A stretch of 64,000 nucleotides of DNA, taken from NCBI GenBank assembly GCA_016208615.1, contig JACQXS010000003.1:5675-69674 (forward strand), written 5' to 3'. Numbering within the stretch: position 1 is the first letter of the stretch; every line of letters begins with the position of its first letter. The notes under the pieces were generated by a model. That model made no database searches. It was not told the DNA's origin and saw nothing but the letters and a program-made list of their open reading frames with translations. Origin of the DNA: Candidatus Stahliibacteriota bacterium. Lineage in GTDB: Bacteria; Hydrothermota; UBA3073; JACQXS01. Positions 35,982-45,448 of this stretch are shown here, in pieces. The position numbers were made by a program, and so were the translations under genes.

Positions 35982-37346
35982 TTAGCTTGAAGGATAAATT
36001 ATTTTCCCCCCAACTATGGTCATTACTACTTTACCCTTTAATTTCCAACCTTGAAATGGGGAATTACGGGATTTGGACTTAAACTTGTTGACATCTACTA
36101 CCCATTCTTGATTCAAATCAATAATAGTTATATCTGCTGGGCTTCCTACTTTTAATGCTCCGGCACATAAATTAAATATACGGGCTGGATTTATAGTCAA
36201 TTTACTTATTACATCAATTAGAGACATTTTTTTAGTGGCTACTAAACTATTTAGCACTATTCCTATGGTAGTTTCAAGTCCTATCATCCCGAATTCTGCT
36301 TCCTCCCAATCATTGCTTTTAACTCCGTGTGGTGCATGGTCAGAAGCTATAACATCAATAGTCCCATTACTTAATGCCTCAATAAGAGCAAGAGTGTCTT
36401 GTTGGCTACGAAGTGGGGGATTAACTTTGGCATTAGTGTTGTAGCAGATCCCGACAAATCGGGATTCGGCGGGACCATAATGGGCTATATCATCGTTAGT
36501 CAAAACAAGATGATGTGGCGTGACTTCACAAGTAACAGGTACACCTTCTTTCTTGGCTTGGGCAATTAACTCAACTGACTCTGCCATTGATACATGGGAA
36601 ATAAATATAGGAGCATTGAGTTTTTTGGCTATCTCAATATCCCGCTTGATAAATATAGGTTCCATTTGAGTTTTGAGTTGAACTTTGTCCTTTGAACTTT
36701 GGATTTTGGATTTTGGATTTTGGATTTTGAGTTCTGATTCCGCCCATGGAGATAACTCGCAATGTGGTGATACTACAATACCTATTTTTTTTGCCTCCCT
36801 CAATACCTGTTGCATTATTTCCTCATAAATCACCGGGTCACCATCATCCGTGAGCTTTATAGCACCAGCATCCTTAACTCCATTTATATCTACTAACTGA
36901 CGATGGTCAGTAGTAATGCAAGCAGAGGGATATAGTCGGACGATACTATCCTTTTTTATACGCTCCTTTATTGCTCTAACCCGTTCAGGAGTATCAATTC
37001 TTGGATTAGTATTTGGCTGACAGATTATAGTAGTGAATCCACCGGCAGCGGCTGCCATAGTCCCGCTATGGATAGTTTCCTTATGAGCTTCGCCAGGCTC
37101 ACGCAAATGAGTATGGACATCAATTAAGCCAGGAACTACAATATAACCCTTCGCATCTATTACTATCGGTTTTCGGTATTCGGTTTTCGGTATTCGGTTT
37201 TCGGCTTTTTGCTTTCTGTCTTCTATCTCTCTACGAGTAATAGCTTTAATCTCATCCCCTTCTATGAGTATATCTAATTTATCATCTGTTTTACTTGCCG
37301 GGTCAATTACTCTACCATTTTTTATGACTAATGAGTTTTTAGGCAT
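35982..37346 (-). CDS. pyrC: dihydroorotase (class I, amidohydrolase)
   Basis: VPGLIDVHTHLREPG, GGFTTI and SDHAPH motifs. The protein is longer than usual because of three repeat-encoded in-frame inserts. Confidence 0.9.
   Translation of the reverse strand: MPKNSLVIKNGRVIDPASKTDDKLDILIEGDEIKAITRREIEDRKQKAENRIPKTEYRKPIVIDAKGYIVVPGLIDVHTHLREPGEAHKETIHSGTMAAAAGGFTTIICQPNTNPRIDTPERVRAIKERIKKDSIVRLYPSACITTDHRQLVDINGVKDAGAIKLTDDGDPVIYEEIMQQVLREAKKIGIVVSPHCELSPWAESELKIQNPKSKIQSSKDKVQLKTQMEPIFIKRDIEIAKKLNAPIFISHVSMAESVELIAQAKKEGVPVTCEVTPHHLVLTNDDIAHYGPAESRFVGICYNTNAKVNPPLRSQQDTLALIEALSNGTIDVIASDHAPHGVKSNDWEEAEFGMIGLETTIGIVLNSLVATKKMSLIDVISKLTINPARIFNLCAGALKVGSPADITIIDLNQEWVVDVNKFKSKSRNSPFQGWKLKGKVVMTIVGGKIIYPSS
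36664..36740. repeat. tandem heptamer array (11 units, TTGGATT-type) inside pyrC
   Basis: atttgag ttttgag ttgaact ttgtcct ttgaact ttggatt x4 ttgagtt ctgattc. It encodes ELKIQNPKSKIQSSKDKVQLKTQ on the minus strand. Confidence 0.9.
37166..37207. repeat. tandem heptamer array (6 x TCGGTWT) inside pyrC
   Basis: tcggttt tcggtat tcggttt tcggtat tcggttt tcggctt. It encodes KAENRIPKTEYRKP on the minus strand. Same unit family as 3213-3240, 24300-24325 and 38675-38709. Confidence 0.9.
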
Positions 37347-37361
37347 TTAGGTATTTATCTC

Positions 37362-38244
37362 CTATATTGTTTTGGCTTTCGCCGAGCATAGCATACTTTC
37401 ATAAAAAGTAGTATCATTATACTTCACGCTTTTAATCTTTTTCTCTTGTTCCATTTTTGTAAGATATTTCATCACCTCGTCTATATGCATGGCTAATGAA
37501 TTACTTATATCTCTTATTGTCACAGGACGTCTACTGACTAATGCCCGTATGTTTGCTTCAATATTTTTGGGATTCCTAATTTCTTGTTTTCTATTGAACT
37601 CGGCAATAATTTCACAATTACTACCTATTAGTTTGCTTATTTTATTTAACTCTTCATAACTCAATGGATTAGCTGACTCATCTGTTGGTGGCCGAACTAC
37701 GGTATTCAATTGCACCTTGAGGTCGCACCTCTTGTCAGGATTTATATCATTTATTATTGATTTTAGGGCCTCTATATGTTCAATTGCGTCATTCTTATTT
37801 TTAACCAGCATAACTTCAATCCATAATTTGCCATTAAATTTTTTGCTAAACTCTTTTAATCCGGTTATAATTTTCTCAATCCTAATAGTTGGATGCGGAT
37901 GATGGATAGTTTCAAAAATATCCTCATTTGCTGCGGATAGTGTAGGGACAACAAGATTGGCCGCAAAAAGCTCTTCTCTTACTTGCTCATCGTGAAGAAG
38001 AGAAGAGTTTGTAAGTACAGCGATAGGGATATTAGTTATTTTTTTTTTTTTTTTTATATGCTTCTACAATTTGTTGCAAAATATCCTCTTTTGGAAGATA
38101 TTCTTTCCGCTCTACTGTTTTATTGGTAGTGGCTCCCAATTGACAATAGACACAATCAAAGGAACAGGTTTTGTAGGGAATAATATCTACGCCTAATGAC
38201 AACCCCAGTCTCCGTGAAGGCACAGGTCCATACACATATTTCAT
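37362..38244 (-). pseudogene. radical SAM protein (CxxxCxxC), reading frame broken at an A17 tract
   Basis: ORF 38032-38244 is [37 protein letters not shown]...[11 protein letters not shown] different frame continues ITNISIAVLTNSSLLHDEQVREELFAANLVVPTLSAANEDIF... into ORF 37362-37811. One A fewer would fuse the frames. Confidence 0.75.
38039..38055. repeat. T17 (A17 on the coding strand) homopolymer
   Basis: Counted directly: 17 consecutive T on the plus strand, located at the frame break of the radical SAM gene. Confidence 0.95.
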
Positions 38245-38292
38245 TAGTCTAATAGTCTAATGGTCCAATAGTCTGATAGTCAAAAAGTCAAC
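38245..38292. repeat. tandem octamer array (6 x TAGTCTAA-like) filling the dxs / radical-SAM intergenic gap
   Basis: tagtctaa tagtctaa tggtccaa tagtctga tagtcaaa aagtcaac. It begins directly after the radical-SAM start codon complement and ends in the dxs stop codon. Confidence 0.85.
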
Positions 38293-40144
38293 CAATAAAT
38301 TCCTTTACTTTTTGTCTTATTCCATCAGGAGAGAGTCCATATTTTTCAAGCAATATATCTCTTGCTCCGTGTTCTATAAATTTGTCCGGCAGTCCTATGC
38401 GGAGTAATTTTTTTGGGTATATATTGTTAGCATTATAGAACTCCAATACTTTACTCCCAAATCCACCTATTATCGTATTCTCTTCAACGGTGATGATTTT
38501 TTGGGACTTTATCTTTAATAGCAGGGCTTCGTCTAATGGTTTTACAAATCTTGCGTTTATAACTTCTACATCCAAGTCCTTGACTGCCTCTAATGCTGTA
38601 TAAACCATTGACCCCAAGCCCAAAATAACTGCCTTCCCACCGGGCTTCAAAACTTCTGCCTCGCCAATCTCTATGCGGTTATCGGTTATCGGTGTTCGGT
38701 AATCGGTATCTTCAACTGGAATAGTAGCTCTGGGATATCTAATCGCCATAGGTCCTTTGTCATAATTTATAGCCGTGTATAATAGGTTTCTGAGTTCCTG
38801 TCCATCTTTAGGGGCCGCTACTATAAGATTAGGGAGCAAGCTTAGAAATCCCAAATCAAAAGTTCCCTGATGTGTAGGTCCGTCTGCTCCTACTATTCCC
38901 GCCCTGTCCAGGCACAAAATAATAGGTATCCTCTGAATACATATATCGTGCAGTATTTGGTCAAATCCTCTCTGTAAGAAAGTAGAATAGATAGCACATA
39001 CCGGCTTTAATCCCTGCAAGGCGAGGCCGGCGGCAAATGTTATAGCATGCTGTTCTGCTATACCGACATCAAAGAATCTATCAGGGAAAGCGGCTCTAAA
39101 CTTATCAAGTCCTGTTCCTTCTGGCATAGCCGCTGTTATGGCAACTATGGAAGGGTCTTTAGCAGCAAATTCAATCATAGCGTCGCTAAATATCTCTGTA
39201 TATGTCTTCTTATTTTCCACCACCAGCTCGCCCGTCTCTTTATCAAACTTACCGATGCCGTGGAACTTAGACGACTCTTTCATTGCGGGCAGATAACCTT
39301 TACCTTTCTCTGTAATAATATGCACAAGTATAGGGCCGTTTAATTTCTTAATATACTCAAAGTTCTCTATGAGCGTTTTGATATTATGTCCATTAAGAGG
39401 TCCAATATATCGGAAGCCCAGTTCCTCAAATAGTATAGTAGGGATGGCAAAGCTTTTCAATCCTTCTTTTAGTTTTCTCGCCACATCTCTTGCCTTGACA
39501 GAAAGTTCCGTAGGCAGTTTGCCTAATAATTCCCATGCATCGGCTTTTAATTTCGTGTACACGGGGGTAGTAACGAGTTTATTTAAGTAAGTAGCCACGC
39601 CGCCCACATTCTCCGAGATAGACATCCCATTATCATTAAGCACAATTATCACATTCCGATGCATAAAGCCAGTCTGATTAAGGCCCTCGTAAGCCAACCC
39701 ACCTGTCAATGCTCCATCTCCTATTACGGCAATAACCTTAAACCGCTCGCCCTTCAAATCTCTTGCTACTGCCATACCGAGTGCCGCACTTATAGAAGTA
39801 CTTGCATGTCCTGTGTTATAGGCGTCGTATTCACTTTCATCACGGCTGGGGAAGCCAGAAATACCACCATATTGGCGAAGGGTATGGAACTCTTTATGCC
39901 TACCTGTAATAAGTTTATGTGCATATGACTGGTGACCGACATCCCATATTATCTTATCCACCGGAGCATCGAATACCCTGTGGAGTGCAATAGTTAATTC
40001 CACCGCGCCGAGCGATGATGAAAGATGACCGCCTGTCTTTGAAACTACATCTACTATTTCATTCCGAATCTCTTTGGCAAGCTCATTTAATTGACTAATA
40101 GAGAGCGATTTAATATCACGAGGCGATTCTATATGCTCTATCAT
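38288..40144 (-). CDS. dxs: 1-deoxy-D-xylulose-5-phosphate synthase
   Basis: GGHLSSSLGAVELTIALH, WDVGHQSY.HK, GDGALTGG (TPP-binding) and PDKFIEHG. It contains a 5-unit TCGGTWW heptamer array in frame (DYRTPITDNRI). Confidence 0.95.
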   Translation of the reverse strand: MIEHIESPRDIKSLSISQLNELAKEIRNEIVDVVSKTGGHLSSSLGAVELTIALHRVFDAPVDKIIWDVGHQSYAHKLITGRHKEFHTLRQYGGISGFPSRDESEYDAYNTGHASTSISAALGMAVARDLKGERFKVIAVIGDGALTGGLAYEGLNQTGFMHRNVIIVLNDNGMSISENVGGVATYLNKLVTTPVYTKLKADAWELLGKLPTELSVKARDVARKLKEGLKSFAIPTILFEELGFRYIGPLNGHNIKTLIENFEYIKKLNGPILVHIITEKGKGYLPAMKESSKFHGIGKFDKETGELVVENKKTYTEIFSDAMIEFAAKDPSIVAITAAMPEGTGLDKFRAAFPDRFFDVGIAEQHAITFAAGLALQGLKPVCAIYSTFLQRGFDQILHDICIQRIPIILCLDRAGIVGADGPTHQGTFDLGFLSLLPNLIVAAPKDGQELRNLLYTAINYDKGPMAIRYPRATIPVEDTDYRTPITDNRIEIGEAEVLKPGGKAVILGLGSMVYTALEAVKDLDVEVINARFVKPLDEALLLKIKSQKIITVEENTIIGGFGSKVLEFYNANNIYPKKLLRIGLPDKFIEHGARDILLEKYGLSPDGIRQKVKEFIG

Positions 40145-40154
40145 CACATTATAT

Positions 40155-40239
40155 CAGAGGACAGAGGACAGAGGACAGAGGACAGAGGACAGGGGACAGA
40201 AGACAGAGGACAGGGGACAGAAGACAGAGGACAGGGGAC
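40155..40239. repeat. tandem heptamer array (about 11 x GACAGRR, with 21-bp higher order)
   Basis: gacagag x4, then (gacaggg gacagaa gacagag) repeated. The reverse-complement unit CTCTGTC recurs at 27179-27220. Confidence 0.9.
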
Positions 40240-40243
40240 TGCT

Positions 40244-40385
40244 CTATTCTCATCGGAGACGCCACCACTCTTACCGTAGCATGCTCCACTCCCACCGTAG
40301 CATGCTCCACTCCCACCGTAGAATGCTCCACTCCCACCGTAGAATGCTCTACTCTCATTGGGGATGTCTCTATTCTCATCTGCTC
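40244..40385. repeat. 21-bp tandem repeat (4 good + about 3 degenerate units of CCACTCCCACCGTAGCATGCT)
   Basis: Units at 40265, 40286, 40307 and 40328 are near-identical; the flanking units are degenerate. It lies upstream of dxs. Confidence 0.85.
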
Positions 40386-40432
40386 TCTTCTCTTCCATCT
40401 TATTTCTTACCCGACTTGTTGACAAATCCCGC

Positions 40433-40474
40433 TCGCCCCGCTATGGCGGTGGTTTTGGCGGGGGCGGGACTGCT
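40433..40474. repeat. GC-rich element copy (intergenic twin of the asnB insert)
   Basis: caaatcccgctcgccccgctatggcggtggttttggcggggg; see 30302-30344. Confidence 0.75.
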
Positions 40475-40476
40475 TC

Positions 40477-43206
40477 CTACTTAATGATTGTCATTTTAGC
40501 AGTCCCCGATAAATCGGTATTTGCAAAGGCACTAACTTTATCCGCCATAAGAGGTCGCATCTCAAGCCGGACAAAATAGATACCCGACGCTAAATTAGGA
40601 GCTTTAACGCTATGCATGCCCTTATCCCGATAGCCGTTGTAAATCTCCTTAACCTCTCTACCTGCTAAATCATAGACACATAACCTAATAGCCCCATCTG
40701 ACGGTAAATAATAACTTATCAAGCCAGTCTTAACGCTAACCGACACCCTATCCCCGATAACCGTATTTGTATTCTCCTCCTCTATCCCTGCAATAGGAGG
40801 GTCAGTAGTGAATTTAATAGCCCTTCCATTGCATAGAGTAGCGGCGGATTTGGGATAGATATTCGCAAAGGTCCATTCCAGCCCATTAGTGTGCGTCTCA
40901 TCTTCTATGCCTACTGTACAATAATTATGCCCACTATCGCTATTCACACAAGTATGGTATTGAAAAATCAACTCCCCATCCCCTGTAAGAGTAGGATAAT
41001 AAGCAGGGTCAAATAAAATCACCTCAAAAGTCTGCTTTTGACTCGGAGTAGGTGGACTTGGCGGGATTTCAACTATGTTATATTTTCTGCTCCACTCAAC
41101 TATAAATCTATGATTCGCCACATCATAATAGTAAGCCACATTCCCCGTATCCGCAGCAAAGGGGTCAAGATTATCCCAAAAAGGTGCGATAATAGTCGGT
41201 GGACCCATACTTGATGGTATATGCCAATTGTAAAAGTCAGTCATCCAAGTAGAATCCATAGCTATCCAGCCATTAGAGCAAACAGAAATACGGGCGTAAG
41301 CCCTGCCATAAAACTTAAACCCAAAAGGCAAATAGATTACTTTGGTGTCATCTTTGTTAAGCGGTATAATAGTTCCCGCCCCCCCATATTCAGCATCAAC
41401 CTCTATCCAGTTGTAGATAGGAGCTTCAGTATATTTAGTATCCGTATTATCATATCCGTAATAGCCGTATTTATCAGGCCCAAGAATAGTCGTATCCGCT
41501 TCGTGAGTTATCGCCTGCCCTAAATAAGGAATATGATTACGAGCAGTAACAGTAACTAATAGATTGCCCGTAGTAGCTAATGATATTGGAAGTGAAATCC
41601 TTCCATCACTATCTGTAATCCCACAAGTATCAACTTCACCTTGCTTAATTAGACTTACTATTGCATCTTGTAGTGGAGTAGCCTTGCTTTGCACTGTAAC
41701 TTCAAAGTCATTAGTCCCAATATTAAGAGTAGTTAGATGCTCCACCTCTAATGGCTCCGGTATATCAGTCCATATATTAAGTTCAGGGTCGCCTATTAGA
41801 TTGTAGTAATAGAAATAATTCTTGATAATGGTATCAATAGGAAAATTATCGCATAACTCCATCTTCCCTCTATAGCAAGCCTGACCAATAGAAGGGATTG
41901 CTTCCTTAAAAATGCCCCAATAAATACCTTGGTCTATACAATTATTGAACCGCGAGTGAGTGTCTCCGCTACTGGGACCATAAAAGGCAATCCCACCATT
42001 AGGGGTTGTAGGAGTACCCGCTTTAACCCATGCCGAGCCAAAACAATTAGGGGAATTAAAATTGCCCGTTAGACACGAGATTCCGGTAACTATAGGAAGT
42101 TTCCAGCCATTAGATAGAACAGGGATATCGTCGTAGCCAAACTGTGGATAATGCCAGCCCTGAGTATTAGACCAGCCACGAAAATTAATAAACGAGACAC
42201 CAGTATTCACGGATTGAGTAATTAGCGTCCTTCCATCCGTAGTTGGGGGATAAAAACAAGTATCTACTTGGGTATAACCATTAGATAGCAGCAGTTCTCT
42301 TACCCATCTTTTAGTCAACACCGCCGTAGTAACAGATGCCGGGTAATTGCCGCCGACAACTAATGCTCTCTTATACCAAGCAGTTTCTCCCATATATGGC
42401 GTTTTTTCATACCCCAATATCTTATTCACTACCACTTGAAGCTCAGCAACCGACGCTACAGGTAGTCTGCCAACAAGGACATCAGAGAAATAATCAGTGC
42501 CATCAACTAAACTATACGAATGGTCAGTACAAGTATATGGATAAAAGAAAGTGGGCAACAAGTCCGTACTCCCAACAAGTAGCACATATTCAGGTGCTGG
42601 CAGAAATGTATTATATGCATTTTGGATATAAGATTTAATCTGGTCCGGATTACCACCGACTTCTGATAATTTACTCACTGTTACTTTCCATCCTTTGAGA
42701 TGCTTCCATTCAGCAAGTGGTTGAATAGCAGTATAAAGCTCATCAGGTACTATAATTAAATAGCCACCAGGTATAGGTTGGTCATTGGCGTAATTAGCTA
42801 ACCCCACTTGCGGGATTTGCAATAAGCTCTTGTAAATAGGAGCAAAAGCAAACGAAGGTGATACCCATTTCCCATTTCTGTATTCTAATTCAACTAAAAT
42901 CTCTTGTTCGTTAAGTTCGTTCTGCATCGGTTGAATTACAAGTTGGACAATCTGATAATCCCGCATCACACCCAATTCTTTTAACCCAACACATTTGCCA
43001 CCACTTATTATTTTAAGGCTCGGATTGCTATTTTTAGGTACTGCTACTAACTTGCTAATCACTGATGGGAAATAAGAATCTATAGTTATCTTAATTAAAC
43101 TACGCTGTGGGCTTGATTTCAGGACCTCAAATTTAGATGAAGGTTCTATTGAAGATAGAGAATATTCCGCATCCAACCCACACAACAACACTAAAATATA
43201 CCACAT
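40477..43206 (-). CDS. peptidase C25 (gingipain-like) family protein with T9SS-type C-terminal domain
   Basis: GYLIIVPDELYTAIQPLAEWKHLKGWKVTVSKLSEVGGNPDQIKSYIQNAY....PEYVLLVGSTDLLP is the C25 propeptide/catalytic pattern. The C-terminus has VYDLAGREV...GIYFVRLE. Confidence 0.8.
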   Translation of the reverse strand: MWYILVLLCGLDAEYSLSSIEPSSKFEVLKSSPQRSLIKITIDSYFPSVISKLVAVPKNSNPSLKIISGGKCVGLKELGVMRDYQIVQLVIQPMQNELNEQEILVELEYRNGKWVSPSFAFAPIYKSLLQIPQVGLANYANDQPIPGGYLIIVPDELYTAIQPLAEWKHLKGWKVTVSKLSEVGGNPDQIKSYIQNAYNTFLPAPEYVLLVGSTDLLPTFFYPYTCTDHSYSLVDGTDYFSDVLVGRLPVASVAELQVVVNKILGYEKTPYMGETAWYKRALVVGGNYPASVTTAVLTKRWVRELLLSNGYTQVDTCFYPPTTDGRTLITQSVNTGVSFINFRGWSNTQGWHYPQFGYDDIPVLSNGWKLPIVTGISCLTGNFNSPNCFGSAWVKAGTPTTPNGGIAFYGPSSGDTHSRFNNCIDQGIYWGIFKEAIPSIGQACYRGKMELCDNFPIDTIIKNYFYYYNLIGDPELNIWTDIPEPLEVEHLTTLNIGTNDFEVTVQSKATPLQDAIVSLIKQGEVDTCGITDSDGRISLPISLATTGNLLVTVTARNHIPYLGQAITHEADTTILGPDKYGYYGYDNTDTKYTEAPIYNWIEVDAEYGGAGTIIPLNKDDTKVIYLPFGFKFYGRAYARISVCSNGWIAMDSTWMTDFYNWHIPSSMGPPTIIAPFWDNLDPFAADTGNVAYYYDVANHRFIVEWSRKYNIVEIPPSPPTPSQKQTFEVILFDPAYYPTLTGDGELIFQYHTCVNSDSGHNYCTVGIEDETHTNGLEWTFANIYPKSAATLCNGRAIKFTTDPPIAGIEEENTNTVIGDRVSVSVKTGLISYYLPSDGAIRLCVYDLAGREVKEIYNGYRDKGMHSVKAPNLASGIYFVRLEMRPLMADKVSAFANTDLSGTAKMTIIK

Positions 43207-43295
43207 ATTATACCCCCTATATTAAATCCCAATTTCAAATACTACCAAATCCCAAATAAATATCAAAAATTAAGAAAGAGTTTTGCAAGGATTTT

Positions 43296-44285
43296 TTACT
43301 TCTCAATAATCACCAATCCCTCATCCCTATCTGCGAGATAAATATATTGTTGGGTCACATAGACGCTATTGGTATACGGAGTACTACACTCACTAATTAT
43401 TGAAGGAGTTAATGGGTTAGATACATCTATAACCTGTAGCCCTGCAACCCCATCAGCTATGTATGCGTAATTGCCAAAGACAAACACTTTATTAGCATAT
43501 CCAGGCGTAGGACAACTACCCACAAACTTCGGAGTATCTGGTTGGACTACATCTATTATCTGTAACCCTTCTCTACCATCAGCTATATATGCGTAATTAC
43601 CTGAAACGCATACATCTAATGCTTTACCCGGGGTATCGTACGAACCTATAATTTTAGGGCTACTAATATTCCTGACATCTATAATCTGCAATCCCATCTG
43701 CTCATTGGCTACATATGCATATTCGCTATCCCCCCAGACCCCACAAGCTCCACCCGGAGTTTCGCACCTTCCTATAAGACTTGGGAAATTAAAGTCAGTA
43801 GCATTATCAATTTGAAACTTATCCTTAGCCGCAATAAAAACAAATACAGAATCAGCTTGAGGTTGCACCTCTCGCTTAATAACAAATACCTCGTAAGAGG
43901 AAATGTAAGAATCAACCCCAAGAGCGATAATACTATCCGGACGCCTTATATTAAATAGTCGTAGCCCACCACCACTTGGCCCATCAGCTATATAAGCAAT
44001 ACTATCCATAACCACGACCCCGTATGCATATATCTCTGTATCATGCCACCCTACAATAGTAGGAGTAGTAGGATTAGAAATATCAATCACCTGTAGTCCG
44101 GCTTGCCCATCCGCAATATAGGCATAATTACCAATTACAAAAATATCCTTCGCATAGCCCGGTGTCTTGCATTTGCCAATAATATTCTTACTTGGTATAA
44201 TCGGATTAACTCTACGCCCACATCCAATGCAAAATGTAAAATGCAAAACGCAAAATACAAAAGTTAAAACCTTAAATTTTGTCAT
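43296..44285 (-). CDS. LVIVD-repeat lipoprotein
   Basis: Lipoprotein-like signal (FVFCVLHFTFCIGCG) encoded by a heptamer array. There are about 6 repeats of the type YAYIADGQAGLQVIDISNPTTPTIVG. Confidence 0.8.
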   Translation of the reverse strand: MTKFKVLTFVFCVLHFTFCIGCGRRVNPIIPSKNIIGKCKTPGYAKDIFVIGNYAYIADGQAGLQVIDISNPTTPTIVGWHDTEIYAYGVVVMDSIAYIADGPSGGGLRLFNIRRPDSIIALGVDSYISSYEVFVIKREVQPQADSVFVFIAAKDKFQIDNATDFNFPSLIGRCETPGGACGVWGDSEYAYVANEQMGLQIIDVRNISSPKIIGSYDTPGKALDVCVSGNYAYIADGREGLQIIDVVQPDTPKFVGSCPTPGYANKVFVFGNYAYIADGVAGLQVIDVSNPLTPSIISECSTPYTNSVYVTQQYIYLADRDEGLVIIEK

Positions 44286-44290
44286 TACTC

Positions 44291-45436
44291 TTAATACTTA
44301 TTATCCCATGTAAATACCAATCCGCAGGAAATAATATAATTCGTGTAATCCTTTATCTCTGTAATAGCTGCTTTATTAGGAGAATCAGTGTCTCGCTTCC
44401 TATAAGTATATGATATATTCAATGCGCAAGTAGGAGCGAGGTTACATTCTATACCACCGGATAAAATATGCCCTATATCTTTTCTATCTCTATGAAACGG
44501 GTCATCCTCTATTGACTTTTTTGTTGTATAATTCCTATATTCTTCCTCATATCCAAGCCACAACATACACCATTTCCTAATCTTATACTCCAAACTTGCT
44601 ATCAATTCGTATGCTTTATAAGAAATATCGGATTCATCAGAATTAGTTGCCATTTCGTCATCCTCATCATACCCTTTGGCTATTGCAGATTTAAGCCCAA
44701 ATTCAATCTCGGCACTTATATCCTTTGAAAGCTTCCGCTCCCCACTTAATCCCACAGTAGTTGCTCGTGTGTCGTATTCATCAAAACAAGAATTATAGTC
44801 ATAGATTTCATATTTGTAAATCGCCGCCAATGTAGTTTTGTATAAAAATTTACTCCCCAACTTCACATCAAGTAAGTGTTCACGGAAATCACATCTCATA
44901 AAGGATTGAAAATCAGCATCAAAATAATCCCGAATGTAGTATTGAGGCAAAAACAAATACCCAATCTGAATAAATTGTTTTTGCATTAAATTTTGACGCA
45001 CATTGAGAATTAAAGATTGATAATCTTTAATAGGATTTACTGCATATTGATACCTATTATACTTAAATCGCATCCGAGTTGCCTCATCCGCCAATAACCG
45101 TTTAGTAAAATCAACTGTTATCCGCTCATTAGTGACAAAGTCATCATAACTTTCAATTCTTGCAAATCGGCAAATGTCTTCATTATTAACAAATTTATCT
45201 ATATTTTCCTGCGAAAGCTTAAAGAGGTTATTATCATACCCAAACCCAATTTCAAATTTTGCATTAGTGGTAGAAAGCCATTTCCAGTTTGAGGTCGAAC
45301 CTCCTCCTTCGGTCGTTTGAGGTTGAACCTCTTCGGCAAAAACTATTCCCCTAAAAATTATGAACACAAAGAAAATGGACATTAGACTATAGACTTTAGA
45401 CCTTTGGGTTGTAGATTTGAATTTTGACTTTTGCAT
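44291..45436 (-). CDS. probable outer-membrane beta-barrel protein
   Basis: Signal peptide MSIFFVFIIFRGIVFAEE (probable true start at 45382). Amphipathic beta-strand periodicity, ending ...GLVFTWDNKY. The 18 aa upstream of M19 are encoded by a heptamer array. Confidence 0.55.
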   Translation of the reverse strand: MQKSKFKSTTQRSKVYSLMSIFFVFIIFRGIVFAEEVQPQTTEGGGSTSNWKWLSTTNAKFEIGFGYDNNLFKLSQENIDKFVNNEDICRFARIESYDDFVTNERITVDFTKRLLADEATRMRFKYNRYQYAVNPIKDYQSLILNVRQNLMQKQFIQIGYLFLPQYYIRDYFDADFQSFMRCDFREHLLDVKLGSKFLYKTTLAAIYKYEIYDYNSCFDEYDTRATTVGLSGERKLSKDISAEIEFGLKSAIAKGYDEDDEMATNSDESDISYKAYELIASLEYKIRKWCMLWLGYEEEYRNYTTKKSIEDDPFHRDRKDIGHILSGGIECNLAPTCALNISYTYRKRDTDSPNKAAITEIKDYTNYIISCGLVFTWDNKY

Positions 45437-45448
45437 TTTAAGTTCTAT

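Noticed and set aside
40244-40385. Possible CRISPR array (regular 21-bp repeats); similarly the palindrome array at 58236-58306
   Set aside because: The repeats are directly abutting with no unique spacers. The units are too short, and no cas genes are in the window. They are tandem repeats, not CRISPR.
40144-40484. Three overlapping ORFs (93, 76 and 67 aa) with repetitive peptides (YGGSGA..., VGVEHSTVGVEH..., MLHSHRS...)
   Set aside because: They are translations, on both strands and in several frames, of the 7-bp and 21-bp tandem arrays upstream of dxs. They have no start context or coding asymmetry.
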